From a virus (lineage: Duplodnaviria; Caudoviricetes), in IMG/VR virus record IMGVR_UViG_3300030330_000436, positions 1 through 52,876 of that record: 52,876 bases of DNA. One strand, 5' to 3'. Positions 27,761-35,785 of the stretch are shown piece by piece (within the stretch, counting starts at the first letter, position 1; every line of letters begins with the position of its first letter). The translations under genes were made by a program, and so were the position numbers. The notes below the pieces were generated by a model. That model worked only from the letters and a program-made list of their open reading frames with translations, ran no database searches and was not told the origin of the DNA.

Positions 27761-28888
27761 ATGGTACACGCAGTAGAAAACATGGCATTCGTAGGCGACG
27801 TTCCATGGCATGGTCTTGGCACATCGATCACAACAGATACGCCGCTCAAAGAGATACAAGCTGCCGCCGGTCTTGATTGGGAAGTGCAACTTGCGCCTAA
27901 TCATAAAGCTGACGGAACGCCTATCGATGCCAGCTACTATATCGAGCGCATCTCGGATGGCGCTATTCTCGGAAAGTGCGTTACTGAGATGTACAAGCCG
28001 GTTCAGAACTCGCAAATGTTCGATTTCTTCGAGCCATTTGTAGAAGCTGGTTCACTTCATATTCACACCGCCGGGTCTCTTTTCGATGGTCAAAAGGTTT
28101 GGGCGATGGCTTCACCAAATGAAGGCTTCACGCTGAATGGTGATGATACCGTCGTGTCTAATCTTGTCTTTACGTTAGACCATCGAGGCATCGGAGCGAA
28201 CTCTTGCATGTTCACGCCGATAAGAGTGGTCTGCAATAACACTTGGACGCTTGCGCGCGATACTGCGAAAGAGATCATTAAACACAATCACAAGGTGCCG
28301 TTCGACAGCGAGGCAATGGTGACGGCGCTGGGTCTCTTTCAAAAAGAGTTTAGCGACTTTGAGAAGCTTGCCAAGAAAATGGCAAAGCGCGTTCTTACTG
28401 GTGCAGAGGAGCTTGAATACTTTCGGACTGTCTTTGGTGGTAAGGAAAAGACTGACGATAGCGGAAAGGTTATACACTCTCGGGCCGTGCAAAAGGCTAT
28501 CGCATTGGCTCGTGGCAAGGATATTTCTGCGAAGTCAACAAGCGATGCCAAGCTGAAGAAGGATCGTCTGGCTGCTCTCGAAAGACTGATGCAGGAAGCC
28601 GTCAATACTGGCAACACAACCATCGATCTATCGAACGTCGAGACGGCTATTGAGGAACCAGCGGCAGGTGATCGAGTGTTGAACGCCGGACACGATCTTA
28701 AATCAGCCCGTGCAGATGATGACGCGATCACTGTTTGGGGAGCGTTTCAGACTGTCACCAATATCGTTGACCATAACCCAATTAAGGATACCGGGCGGGA
28801 TCGACGCTTCGACGTTGCGCTGTATGGTGGGCAGCGGGATAACAAGGCGAAGGCTCTTGACGCTGCTCGCGAATTGATTGCTGCTTAG
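27761..28888 (+). CDS. DUF932 / TIGR03299-like phage-plasmid protein
   Basis: MVHAVENMAFVGDVPWHGLG...AAGLDWEV...YKPVQN...TAGSL...TPIRVVCNNT...WGAFQTVT. AGGAG SD before ATG 27761. Confidence 0.85.
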   Translation: MVHAVENMAFVGDVPWHGLGTSITTDTPLKEIQAAAGLDWEVQLAPNHKADGTPIDASYYIERISDGAILGKCVTEMYKPVQNSQMFDFFEPFVEAGSLHIHTAGSLFDGQKVWAMASPNEGFTLNGDDTVVSNLVFTLDHRGIGANSCMFTPIRVVCNNTWTLARDTAKEIIKHNHKVPFDSEAMVTALGLFQKEFSDFEKLAKKMAKRVLTGAEELEYFRTVFGGKEKTDDSGKVIHSRAVQKAIALARGKDISAKSTSDAKLKKDRLAALERLMQEAVNTGNTTIDLSNVETAIEEPAAGDRVLNAGHDLKSARADDDAITVWGAFQTVTNIVDHNPIKDTGRDRRFDVALYGGQRDNKAKALDAARELIAA

Positions 28889-28975
28889 GTGGTTTTCAAT
28901 TTCATAATGCTCGCTTTTAGATTGTCGGTGATCTTTGTTGTGATTGTCGCTCTTCTAATTCTCTTCAACATCTAA
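28889..28975 (+). CDS. Putative 28-aa single-TM peptide
   Basis: GTG directly after the DUF932 stop: MVFNFIMLAFRLSVIFVVIVALLILFNI. Confidence 0.4.
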   Translation: MVFNFIMLAFRLSVIFVVIVALLILFNI

Positions 28976-28982
28976 CCAAGAC

Positions 28983-29012
28983 GGGCGAGCTTTGATCGGC
29001 TCGCCCTCTTTC
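28983..29012 (+). terminator. Intrinsic terminator
   Basis: GGGCGAGC-tttgatcg-GCTCGCCC then TCTTTC. Confidence 0.6.
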
Positions 29013-29033
29013 GTTCTAAAGGAGGTTTATAGT

Positions 29034-29114
29034 ATGGGAATGATCTACTTAGGATTATGTGCGATAGGTCTCGCAATATATGTTGTGCAAGCTTCGCATA
29101 TGTGGTTATATTAA
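29034..29114 (+). CDS. Putative 26-aa hydrophobic peptide
   Basis: AAAGGAGG SD then MGMIYLGLCAIGLAIYVVQASHMWLY. Confidence 0.5.
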   Translation: MGMIYLGLCAIGLAIYVVQASHMWLY

Positions 29115-29155
29115 TCATCGTTGAACACAACAAACTTGAAACGAGGAAAAGACAA

Positions 29156-29419
29156 ATGGCTAAAACAGAATATCACAAGATTCGCGACATGATTAAACCG
29201 CCGCGCATTGCACCTGCCGAAATTCTATCAGATGGAATTTACATGCACCGCCCCCGCGCAATTCCTACTGTATCAGTTCGCAACGCAGCGGGTATTTATG
29301 TTGAGCCGCTCGACAAGGAGTATGGCTACAATATACGCACCGTGAAGGTTGTTGATCCAGACGGGGAAATCTTGTTTGAAATGACAATGCACGCGGCGCA
29401 TTACGAGAAAGAAGACTAA
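29156..29419 (+). CDS. Hypothetical protein
   Basis: GAGGA SD and ATG 29156 (MAKTEYHKIR...). Confidence 0.6.
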   Translation: MAKTEYHKIRDMIKPPRIAPAEILSDGIYMHRPRAIPTVSVRNAAGIYVEPLDKEYGYNIRTVKVVDPDGEILFEMTMHAAHYEKED

Positions 29420-29446
29420 GCAACACCCTGTTTCCTCCCCCAACTT

Positions 29447-29480
29447 GGCCCCCGGTCTCACAGCCGGGGGTTCTTTTTTG
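29447..29480 (+). terminator. Intrinsic terminator ending the early module
   Basis: GGCCCCCGG-tctcacag-CCGGGGGTT then CTTTTTT. Confidence 0.85.
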
Positions 29481-29910
29481 TGTTCGACATGAATAATTCG
29501 CTAATTAATCAGCAAGCCATTGTGCGCCATAGTCTATTGCGCTTTTCGCTGTGCGTCTGTTTGTGCGCCATGCCCCCCTCGACAGTGTAGAAAATTTGTC
29601 AGTCTGCCTATGGGTCTATGACGTATGCGCGACCCTTACCCATAGTCTGCAAAGGACTGCAAGCGGGTGTCCCCGACAAGACTACATAGCTAAACCTTCG
29701 GCGAGCATTTTGTCACGAATATAGAAAAAATAAGGCGCGGGGCGCGGGATGGGCCACCGGCCACCCCTATACATGTATATACCCATAGACGAATTTTATT
29801 TTATTTTTAGTATGTGAATCATTCGACTACATAGCCCTATGAACTATGTGAATCATTTGTCTATACGATCTCTTAGTATCCTATAGATATCCTTTTGCCA
29901 ACGGAGTATC
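29481..29910. other. Probable physical genome terminus / terminal-repeat region
   Basis: Long non-coding stretch with short repeats, a GC spike at 29734-29767, the palindrome TATACATGTATA and an abrupt switch to AT-rich DNA. Lies just upstream of the TerS/TerL block. Confidence 0.55.
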
Positions 29911-29914
29911 TCCT

Positions 29915-29943
29915 ATTATACACCTAGATTTGCAAGTTGTCAA
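29915..29943 (-). promoter_or_regulatory. Perfect-consensus sigma70 promoter, leftward
   Basis: TTGACA-N17-TATAAT on the minus strand. Confidence 0.85.
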
Positions 29944-29973
29944 GAAAAAAATGCACAAAATACAAAAAAAGTG

Positions 29974-30002
29974 TTGACAACATGGCTAACAGCCTGTATA
30001 AT
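29974..30002 (+). promoter_or_regulatory. Perfect-consensus sigma70 promoter, rightward
   Basis: TTGACA-N17-TATAAT with an A-tract UP-like element at 29945-29970. Confidence 0.9.
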
Positions 30003-30148
30003 AGTATATATAGTGGTGCTATTGTATGTTCACACTTTGCCGACCTCTTGTGTATACATAAACAAAGTACGTGACGGAACACTCAGCACCTCTTACTTAT
30101 CTTTGTGCCACAACGGGCAAAGAACATACAACAAAAGGAGATACAAGT

Positions 30149-30595
30149 ATGCCTAACTTTTCTTTAAACGAACTTCTAGGTTCTCGTTACTTTAATCAAG
30201 CAATCGGGTTCGATCCGTTTCTAAAAACAATTGACTCTGTATTGCTCAACGCTACAGCAGCAAGTTATCCACCGCATGACATTGTAAATCAAAAAGATGG
30301 CTCACACGCTATCATACTTGCACTTGCTGGATTTAACAAAGATGACTTAGACGTATCGGTAAAGGGTCAGACGTTGACTGTATCCAGTGACGTACACAAC
30401 CAAACTGATGAAGATGAAATTTTAGAATACAATCATCGTGGCATCGCACGACGTAATTTTAAAAAGGTCTTTGCGCTTGGACGCAACATAGAAGTCGAGA
30501 ACGTAGTTTTTAAGAACGGTCTTTTGACTGTACATCTCAAAGAGTCTGTACCAGAGTCAGAGAAACTACGTTCATTAGACATTCTAGGCGACTAG
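30149..30595 (+). CDS. Small heat shock protein (Hsp20/IbpA family)
   Basis: IGFD...SYPPHDI...LALAGF...L.VS...YNHRGIARRNF...NGLLTVHL...PE. AAGGAG SD before ATG 30149. Confidence 0.92.
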   Translation: MPNFSLNELLGSRYFNQAIGFDPFLKTIDSVLLNATAASYPPHDIVNQKDGSHAIILALAGFNKDDLDVSVKGQTLTVSSDVHNQTDEDEILEYNHRGIARRNFKKVFALGRNIEVENVVFKNGLLTVHLKESVPESEKLRSLDILGD

Positions 30596-30597
30596 CC

Positions 30598-30996
30598 ATG
30601 AAAAAGGCAGCTTTAGTATTTTGTATATTTTTATTTTCTCTAGCCGCATGTAAGCATACAAACAGTGACATAGGTACTATTCAGTCATCTTCTTTAGAAG
30701 CACCGCCTGAAAAAATAGTGCTTTTAAGTTTTTTGTGTCGTCACGAAGAAACGATTATGAAACTAGCTTACTATGACAGTCAATCAAAATCATTAGCTGC
30801 ACAATTCTTTTTTATGAACATAATGGCAAAAGAGTGCGTTAAGTTTGAAGACCCTGTAAAATTTGTAATTGACAAAGTAATGACAGAATACACAGATTAT
30901 GAAGATGAAGACATTGTAGTACTAAAGGTAAAAAACCAAGCCGTAACGGGCTACGTATTAGTTATAAAAAATAAATTAATTCAAGGTATGATTTAG
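30598..30996 (+). CDS. Putative lipoprotein
   Basis: MKKAALVFCIFLFSLAA-C signal peptide with lipobox. Confidence 0.65.
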   Translation: MKKAALVFCIFLFSLAACKHTNSDIGTIQSSSLEAPPEKIVLLSFLCRHEETIMKLAYYDSQSKSLAAQFFFMNIMAKECVKFEDPVKFVIDKVMTEYTDYEDEDIVVLKVKNQAVTGYVLVIKNKLIQGMI

Positions 30997-30998
30997 AT

Positions 30999-31226
30999 AT
31001 GACTATGAAATCACAGAAAGACGATATGGCTACAAAGACCTACGCTTATGGTGGGCGTGTAGCTGCCGCCGGTTCGATGGAAAAACCAGAGAAGCGTGAG
31101 ATGTACGAAGGTGGCGGCATGGTGATGAAACCTCGCGAACCATATACGACAAAAGAAGCAGAGGAAGAACGTAAAAAGCAAGCCATGTCGTTTATGTCGC
31201 CTATTATGAAAAGAATGATAGGTTAA
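30999..31226 (+). CDS. Small Met-rich hypothetical protein with YxxGGxV motifs
   Basis: YAYGGRV and YEGGGMV. Confidence 0.6.
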   Translation: MTMKSQKDDMATKTYAYGGRVAAAGSMEKPEKREMYEGGGMVMKPREPYTTKEAEEERKKQAMSFMSPIMKRMIG

Positions 31227-31233
31227 CCTTGCC

Positions 31234-31677
31234 GTGTCCGGTAAAGCAGTAGCAGGAACCGCCTTTCGCACAGACCCTAGCCGCAAGCTGACAGAAAAGC
31301 AAGCGGCATTCTTGGATGCGCTATTCGAGAACGGTGGTCGTGTCGGAGAGGCCATGAAGACAGCGGGATACAATTCGTCCCGCTCAAGTCTTATGAAGTC
31401 TCTGCGTGAAGAGATTGCTGCAAGGACCAAAGATTATTTAGCCGTGAATGGCGTAAAAGCTGCGACACGTATCGTAGAAGGTTTGGACGCTGATGGCACA
31501 ACTCCGCTGAACCAGATGGACATGCGTATTAAATCCGCTGAGTCCATTCTGGATCGTATCGGAGTTTCAAAAAAGCAAACCACAGAAGTTACGGGGCAGG
31601 TTGTTCACGGTGTTGTATTACTCCCTGCTAAAAAAGAAGTTGATAAAACTATTACTATAGAAAACGGGGAGATTTAG
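31234..31677 (+). CDS. terS: Terminase small subunit (putative)
   Basis: KLTEKQAAFLDALF...AMKTAGY HTH, then AESILDRIG...GVVLLPAK. Upstream of TerL. Confidence 0.75.
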   Translation: MSGKAVAGTAFRTDPSRKLTEKQAAFLDALFENGGRVGEAMKTAGYNSSRSSLMKSLREEIAARTKDYLAVNGVKAATRIVEGLDADGTTPLNQMDMRIKSAESILDRIGVSKKQTTEVTGQVVHGVVLLPAKKEVDKTITIENGEI

Positions 31678-31679
31678 AT

Positions 31680-32018
31680 ATGAACTTAGACGACTTTTTT
31701 CGTGATAAAGCAGCGCAACGTTCAGGAAAGCTGCCTTCAGACGAAGACATGAAAAGGTTTATGCGTATTAAAAAACTTTTGGATAAAGGTGGAGATGAGG
31801 CACGCACTGTATCAAACAAGGATAAAGAATTTTATGATTCTTTAATGAAAAAAATGGACACGACAGGTGGTCGAACGGTATCAGATCAAGACGCTCAAAA
31901 TAAAATGGACGGCGGCATGGTAATGCCAAAGAAAAAGAAGAAAGTAAAAGCTAAAAGGATGATGGGTGGCGGTAAAGTCTACTCACGCGGATCACGAAAG
32001 GCTAACTACAATGGCTAA
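31680..32018 (+). CDS. Small protein with shared C-terminal tag
   Basis: Ends MMGGGKVYSRGSRKANYNG. Confidence 0.7.
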   Translation: MNLDDFFRDKAAQRSGKLPSDEDMKRFMRIKKLLDKGGDEARTVSNKDKEFYDSLMKKMDTTGGRTVSDQDAQNKMDGGMVMPKKKKKVKAKRMMGGGKVYSRGSRKANYNG

Positions 32019-32364
32019 AGATAAATATATTGGACATGATTCTGAAGAAGTAACAAAGGCTATGTACAAAAGATTTGGAAGAATCTTTGGAAATAAAAAA
32101 CTTTCTGAAGTCAAAATACACAATGCTTATGTTAATATGATGAGTAATAAAAATTTTTCTAACCATGAAATCTATGAAATGGCAGGATTTAAGTTTGACG
32201 AAAAACCAAAATCTAGTGTTCACCCAGTACCTGAAGCTGAAGGAGACGTAGGTGGAATGCCTAGATATGCAAAGAATCCTTTTAGAAAGAAAAAAGCTCA
32301 AAAGATGATGGGTGGCGGTAAAGTCTACTCACGCGGGTCTAGAAAAGCTAATTACGGTGGCTAG
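32011..32364 (+). CDS. Small protein with shared C-terminal tag
   Basis: ATG 32011 overlaps the previous stop. Ends MMGGGKVYSRGSRKANYGG. Confidence 0.7.
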   Translation: MAKDKYIGHDSEEVTKAMYKRFGRIFGNKKLSEVKIHNAYVNMMSNKNFSNHEIYEMAGFKFDEKPKSSVHPVPEAEGDVGGMPRYAKNPFRKKKAQKMMGGGKVYSRGSRKANYGG

Positions 32365-33196
32365 TAAAAAAGAAAAAGTGGCAGAACTAAGCCCCTACGA
32401 TTTCCCACGCAGGTTATTAAAAAGCACTGTTACAAAAGAGGGAGTTCCTTTATTTGCAGAAGATTCTCCAAGTGCTGCTACAAATTTAATGGATGCTGCT
32501 CTTTTAAAAATAGATTTAATGGAAAAGGGAACGCCTGATCCTAAAAAATACAAATATAGTGCAGCACAAAAGAAACGACCTTCTACACAGAGATTCATAG
32601 CAGACTGGAACTACGTACACGAAGCAGAAAAAAATAAAAATTTTACCGAAACTTATAAAAAAGCTAGAAAACTTTATAGGCAAGCTAAATCAGAAACCTT
32701 TAAAGAAACAGGAAGACGTTCTTTAAGAAGTTATGATACTTCAAAAAAACCTGACATAGACACTAAAATAAAATTGTCAAAGGAAAGAGACCCCATAAGA
32801 GAATCGTCTATCACAATAAATCTAGATGAAGACACAGGGCAACCTGCAACTTCGTTTGATAGAAAAAAAATGAGACTCGTCAAAGAACGACGCGCTCCAG
32901 AAGTTATGGCAGAACAAAAAAGACTAGAAGAATTGAATAGAAAAAAAGGTAGTTTGCCTGAATATTTAGAGATGTTGCAAGATCAATATGAGCGATCATC
33001 GTACGACGTTTATGGGCGACGGACAAATGAATTTGATCGAAGGTATCTTGCTCCTACCATAGAACGCATACGAGAAGAAATATCTAATTATAATGAGGGT
33101 GGCGTAGTAAAACGTAAGACAAAACGCAAAAATAAACCTAAAGTAACAAAGAAAACCTACTCACGCGGATCAAGAAAGGCTAAATACAATGGCTAA
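32357..33196 (+). CDS. Charged protein with shared C-terminal tag
   Basis: GTG 32357 overlaps the previous stop. Ends YNEGGVV...TYSRGSRKAKYNG. Confidence 0.7.
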   Translation: MASKKEKVAELSPYDFPRRLLKSTVTKEGVPLFAEDSPSAATNLMDAALLKIDLMEKGTPDPKKYKYSAAQKKRPSTQRFIADWNYVHEAEKNKNFTETYKKARKLYRQAKSETFKETGRRSLRSYDTSKKPDIDTKIKLSKERDPIRESSITINLDEDTGQPATSFDRKKMRLVKERRAPEVMAEQKRLEELNRKKGSLPEYLEMLQDQYERSSYDVYGRRTNEFDRRYLAPTIERIREEISNYNEGGVVKRKTKRKNKPKVTKKTYSRGSRKAKYNG

Positions 33197-33371
33197 ACCC
33201 GGTCTATATTCAAATATTCATGCGAAACGTAAACGTATCGCCGCTGGTTCTGGTGAAAAAATGAGAAAACCCGGAGCAAAAGGCGCACCTACTGCTGCTA
33301 ACTTCAAACGTGCTGCTAAAACTGCGCGTAAAAGTAACAAAAGTCGTAAAAGCAGCAAAAAAAGAGGTTAA
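33189..33371 (+). CDS. Small highly basic protein
   Basis: KPGLYSNIHAKRKRI...EKMRKPGAKGAPT; a family common near terminases of marine phages. Confidence 0.75.
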   Translation: MAKPGLYSNIHAKRKRIAAGSGEKMRKPGAKGAPTAANFKRAAKTARKSNKSRKSSKKRG

Positions 33372-33372
33372 C

Positions 33373-33552
33373 ATGGCAAAAGGTGTCCCACATTATTTTA
33401 AAGATGGAACAAAGCACTCTGGAGGTATGCATAAAATGCCAAACGGGCATGTGCATTCAGGTGCAAGACACTCCAAGACTAGTAAAAGGCTGTATCATTT
33501 TAAAGATTTAAGCGAAACGGCTAAGAAAAAAGCAAAGAAAAAGGGTAAATAA
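33373..33552 (+). CDS. Small His/Lys-rich protein
   Basis: MAKGVPHYFKDG...HKMPNG.VHSG..H...SKRLYH. GAGG SD. Confidence 0.75.
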   Translation: MAKGVPHYFKDGTKHSGGMHKMPNGHVHSGARHSKTSKRLYHFKDLSETAKKKAKKKGK

Positions 33553-33554
33553 AT

Positions 33555-33683
33555 ATGCCGTACTCAAAATATAGCCCAAAACAAAAGAAACTTGCTGCTG
33601 TGGCACCTCCTCGTAAGAAAATTACAGGTGCAGACCTTAAAAAGTTAGCAAAAAAACGTAAACCTCGTACAAAACGAGCGTAA
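33555..33683 (+). CDS. Small basic protein (42 aa, not in ORF track)
   Basis: MPYSKYSPKQKKLAAVAPPRKKITGADLKKLAKKRKPRTKRA. Confidence 0.7.
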   Translation: MPYSKYSPKQKKLAAVAPPRKKITGADLKKLAKKRKPRTKRA

Positions 33684-33684
33684 G

Positions 33685-33963
33685 ATGGCTCAAAAAGCGA
33701 TTCCTCGCACAAAAAAGAACTATCGTGCTACTAAAAAGGGTGCAGGAATGACACGCGCTGGCGTAGCAGCGCATCGTAGAGCAAATCCGGGCAGTAAACT
33801 CAAGACGGCAGTGACAGGAAAGGTCAAACCGGGAAGCAAAGCAGCAAAACGGCGTAAATCGTACTGTGCTAGAAGTGCAGGACAGCTAAAACGATCCTCT
33901 GCCAAGACACGAAACGACCCTAATTCAAGAATACGCCAAGCTAGAAGGCGTTGGAAATGCTAA
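33685..33963 (+). CDS. Small Arg/Lys-rich conserved phage protein
   Basis: GAGMT..GV...RRANPGSKLKTAVT...RRKSYCARS...DPNSR....RRRWKC. Confidence 0.8.
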   Translation: MAQKAIPRTKKNYRATKKGAGMTRAGVAAHRRANPGSKLKTAVTGKVKPGSKAAKRRKSYCARSAGQLKRSSAKTRNDPNSRIRQARRRWKC

Positions 33964-34106
33964 TTCAGCAAAGTCCGCCGACAGATTCTTTTTACAGGTT
34001 TGTATTATATCGAAATAGATTAAATTTTACAAAATCATACGCTAAAACGGCAAAGTATACGGTTATTCAGTCTCATCATGCTGTGGACGTATGGGTATAG
34101 TTTTTT

Positions 34107-35771
34107 ATGACATCAGAGGCATCAACAAACAAAAAGAGGCGCAGAGGAAGACCGCCCTTGCAACCCGGCGAAAAAGGGCGCTACCAGTACTCAAGAGTAC
34201 AAAAAAAGAAAGTAAGCGAGCGCCAAAAGATCGCAGCGCAGAAACAGAGCTTAGAGAGAGCGGAGAAACGGCTACAGAAGCTGAACAAGAAGTCGGAAGC
34301 GTTACGGACATCGGATCGTATCGCTGGCAAAGGTGGCGTACTTGACGAAACAACGATATCTCAACTTCCGGCACAGGTACGAGAGCAACTACAGGAAGAT
34401 ACAGAACTTATCTTCAGTCCAAACGAAGGTCCACAAACGGACTTTCTAGCATCACCAGAAAAAGAAGTATTGTATGGTGGCGCAGCGGGTGGTGGAAAGT
34501 CCTATGCAATGTTGGTAGACCTTTTACGGTATGCTGACAATCCTAACCATAAAGCTTTACTTTTACGACGTACACTTGCAGAGCTAACAGAGCTTATAGA
34601 ACAATCACGCAAACTCTACCCTCGCGCCTTTAACGGTGCAGTATTTAGAGAATCAAAATCAACATGGATGTTTCCGAGTGGCGCTACAGCACTTTTCAGT
34701 TATGTAGATAAAGACCACGACGTTACACGATATCAAGGACAAGCTTTTACATGGATAGGCGTCGATGAACTGGGACATTACCCCACCCCCTATGTTTGGA
34801 CTTACCTTCGTAGTCGTCTCAGAACCACCGACCCCACGCTGGAAACGTATATGCGAGCATCTGCGAATCCGGGTGGTTCAGGTGGTTGGTGGATTAAAAA
34901 GATGTTTATTGATCCTGCGCCACCGAACACGCCGTTCTGGGCCGTCGATCCTGACACGGGAAGAACACTTAAAAATCCAAAGACACAACAACCGCTGTTT
35001 CAGCGCAGGTTCATACCAGCAAGACTTACAGATAACCCTTATCTAGCAGAGTCTGGTGAATATGAAGCAATGCTTCTTAGTTTGCCAGAAGTAGAACGCA
35101 GAAGGCTTCTAGAGGGTGATTGGGACGTAGCAGAGGGAGCAGCATTTAGTGAATTTGACAGAACTGTACACGTTGTTGAACCGTTTGAGATTCCGTATAA
35201 TTGGCCCCGTATACGGGCAATGGATTACGGATATAGTAGTCCTTCTTGCGTTCTCTGGGGCGCGGTAGATTGGGACAACAATCTTTGGATATACCGAGAA
35301 CTTTACGACAAGGGACACACTGGAGAAAGTATCGCAGAACTCATCATGTCTTTAGAGTATGACGATCCTCCAATGACACAATCAGTTTTAGATGGTTCTT
35401 GTTGGTCAAGACATGGCACAGGACCAAGCATAGCAGAGACAATGATTCGCAGAGGCGCACGGTTTACGCCAGCGGACAGAAATCGCATAGCCGGGAAAAT
35501 CGAACTTCACCGTAGACTAGCAATAAAAGATGGAAGAGAACCCGGTTTACGAATTTTTGGCACTTGTACAAATCTAGTACGCACACTGCCTACGTTACCA
35601 CTTTCCAAGACACAATCAGAGGATGTGGACACAAAGGCAGAAGATCATGCGTACGATGCTTTACGGTACTTGTGTATGACTCGTCAGACCGGCTATGCAA
35701 CAAGTTCTATGTTTAATTCTATCAAACAGCAAGAAAGCTATCAACCAGTTAACTCAACATTTGGATATTAA
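34107..35771 (+). CDS. terL: Terminase large subunit
   Basis: PNEGPQ, Walker A YGGAAGGGKS, Walker B IGVDE, ASANPGG, nuclease AMDYG and EDHAYDALRY. Confidence 0.95.
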   Translation: MTSEASTNKKRRRGRPPLQPGEKGRYQYSRVQKKKVSERQKIAAQKQSLERAEKRLQKLNKKSEALRTSDRIAGKGGVLDETTISQLPAQVREQLQEDTELIFSPNEGPQTDFLASPEKEVLYGGAAGGGKSYAMLVDLLRYADNPNHKALLLRRTLAELTELIEQSRKLYPRAFNGAVFRESKSTWMFPSGATALFSYVDKDHDVTRYQGQAFTWIGVDELGHYPTPYVWTYLRSRLRTTDPTLETYMRASANPGGSGGWWIKKMFIDPAPPNTPFWAVDPDTGRTLKNPKTQQPLFQRRFIPARLTDNPYLAESGEYEAMLLSLPEVERRRLLEGDWDVAEGAAFSEFDRTVHVVEPFEIPYNWPRIRAMDYGYSSPSCVLWGAVDWDNNLWIYRELYDKGHTGESIAELIMSLEYDDPPMTQSVLDGSCWSRHGTGPSIAETMIRRGARFTPADRNRIAGKIELHRRLAIKDGREPGLRIFGTCTNLVRTLPTLPLSKTQSEDVDTKAEDHAYDALRYLCMTRQTGYATSSMFNSIKQQESYQPVNSTFGY

Positions 35772-35785
35772 AAAAACCTCTACAC

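Noticed and set aside
33957-34100. Possible 47-aa ORF before terL (MLIQQSPPTDSFYRF...)
   Set aside because: It fills the gap but has no clear SD or recognisable motif, so support is insufficient.
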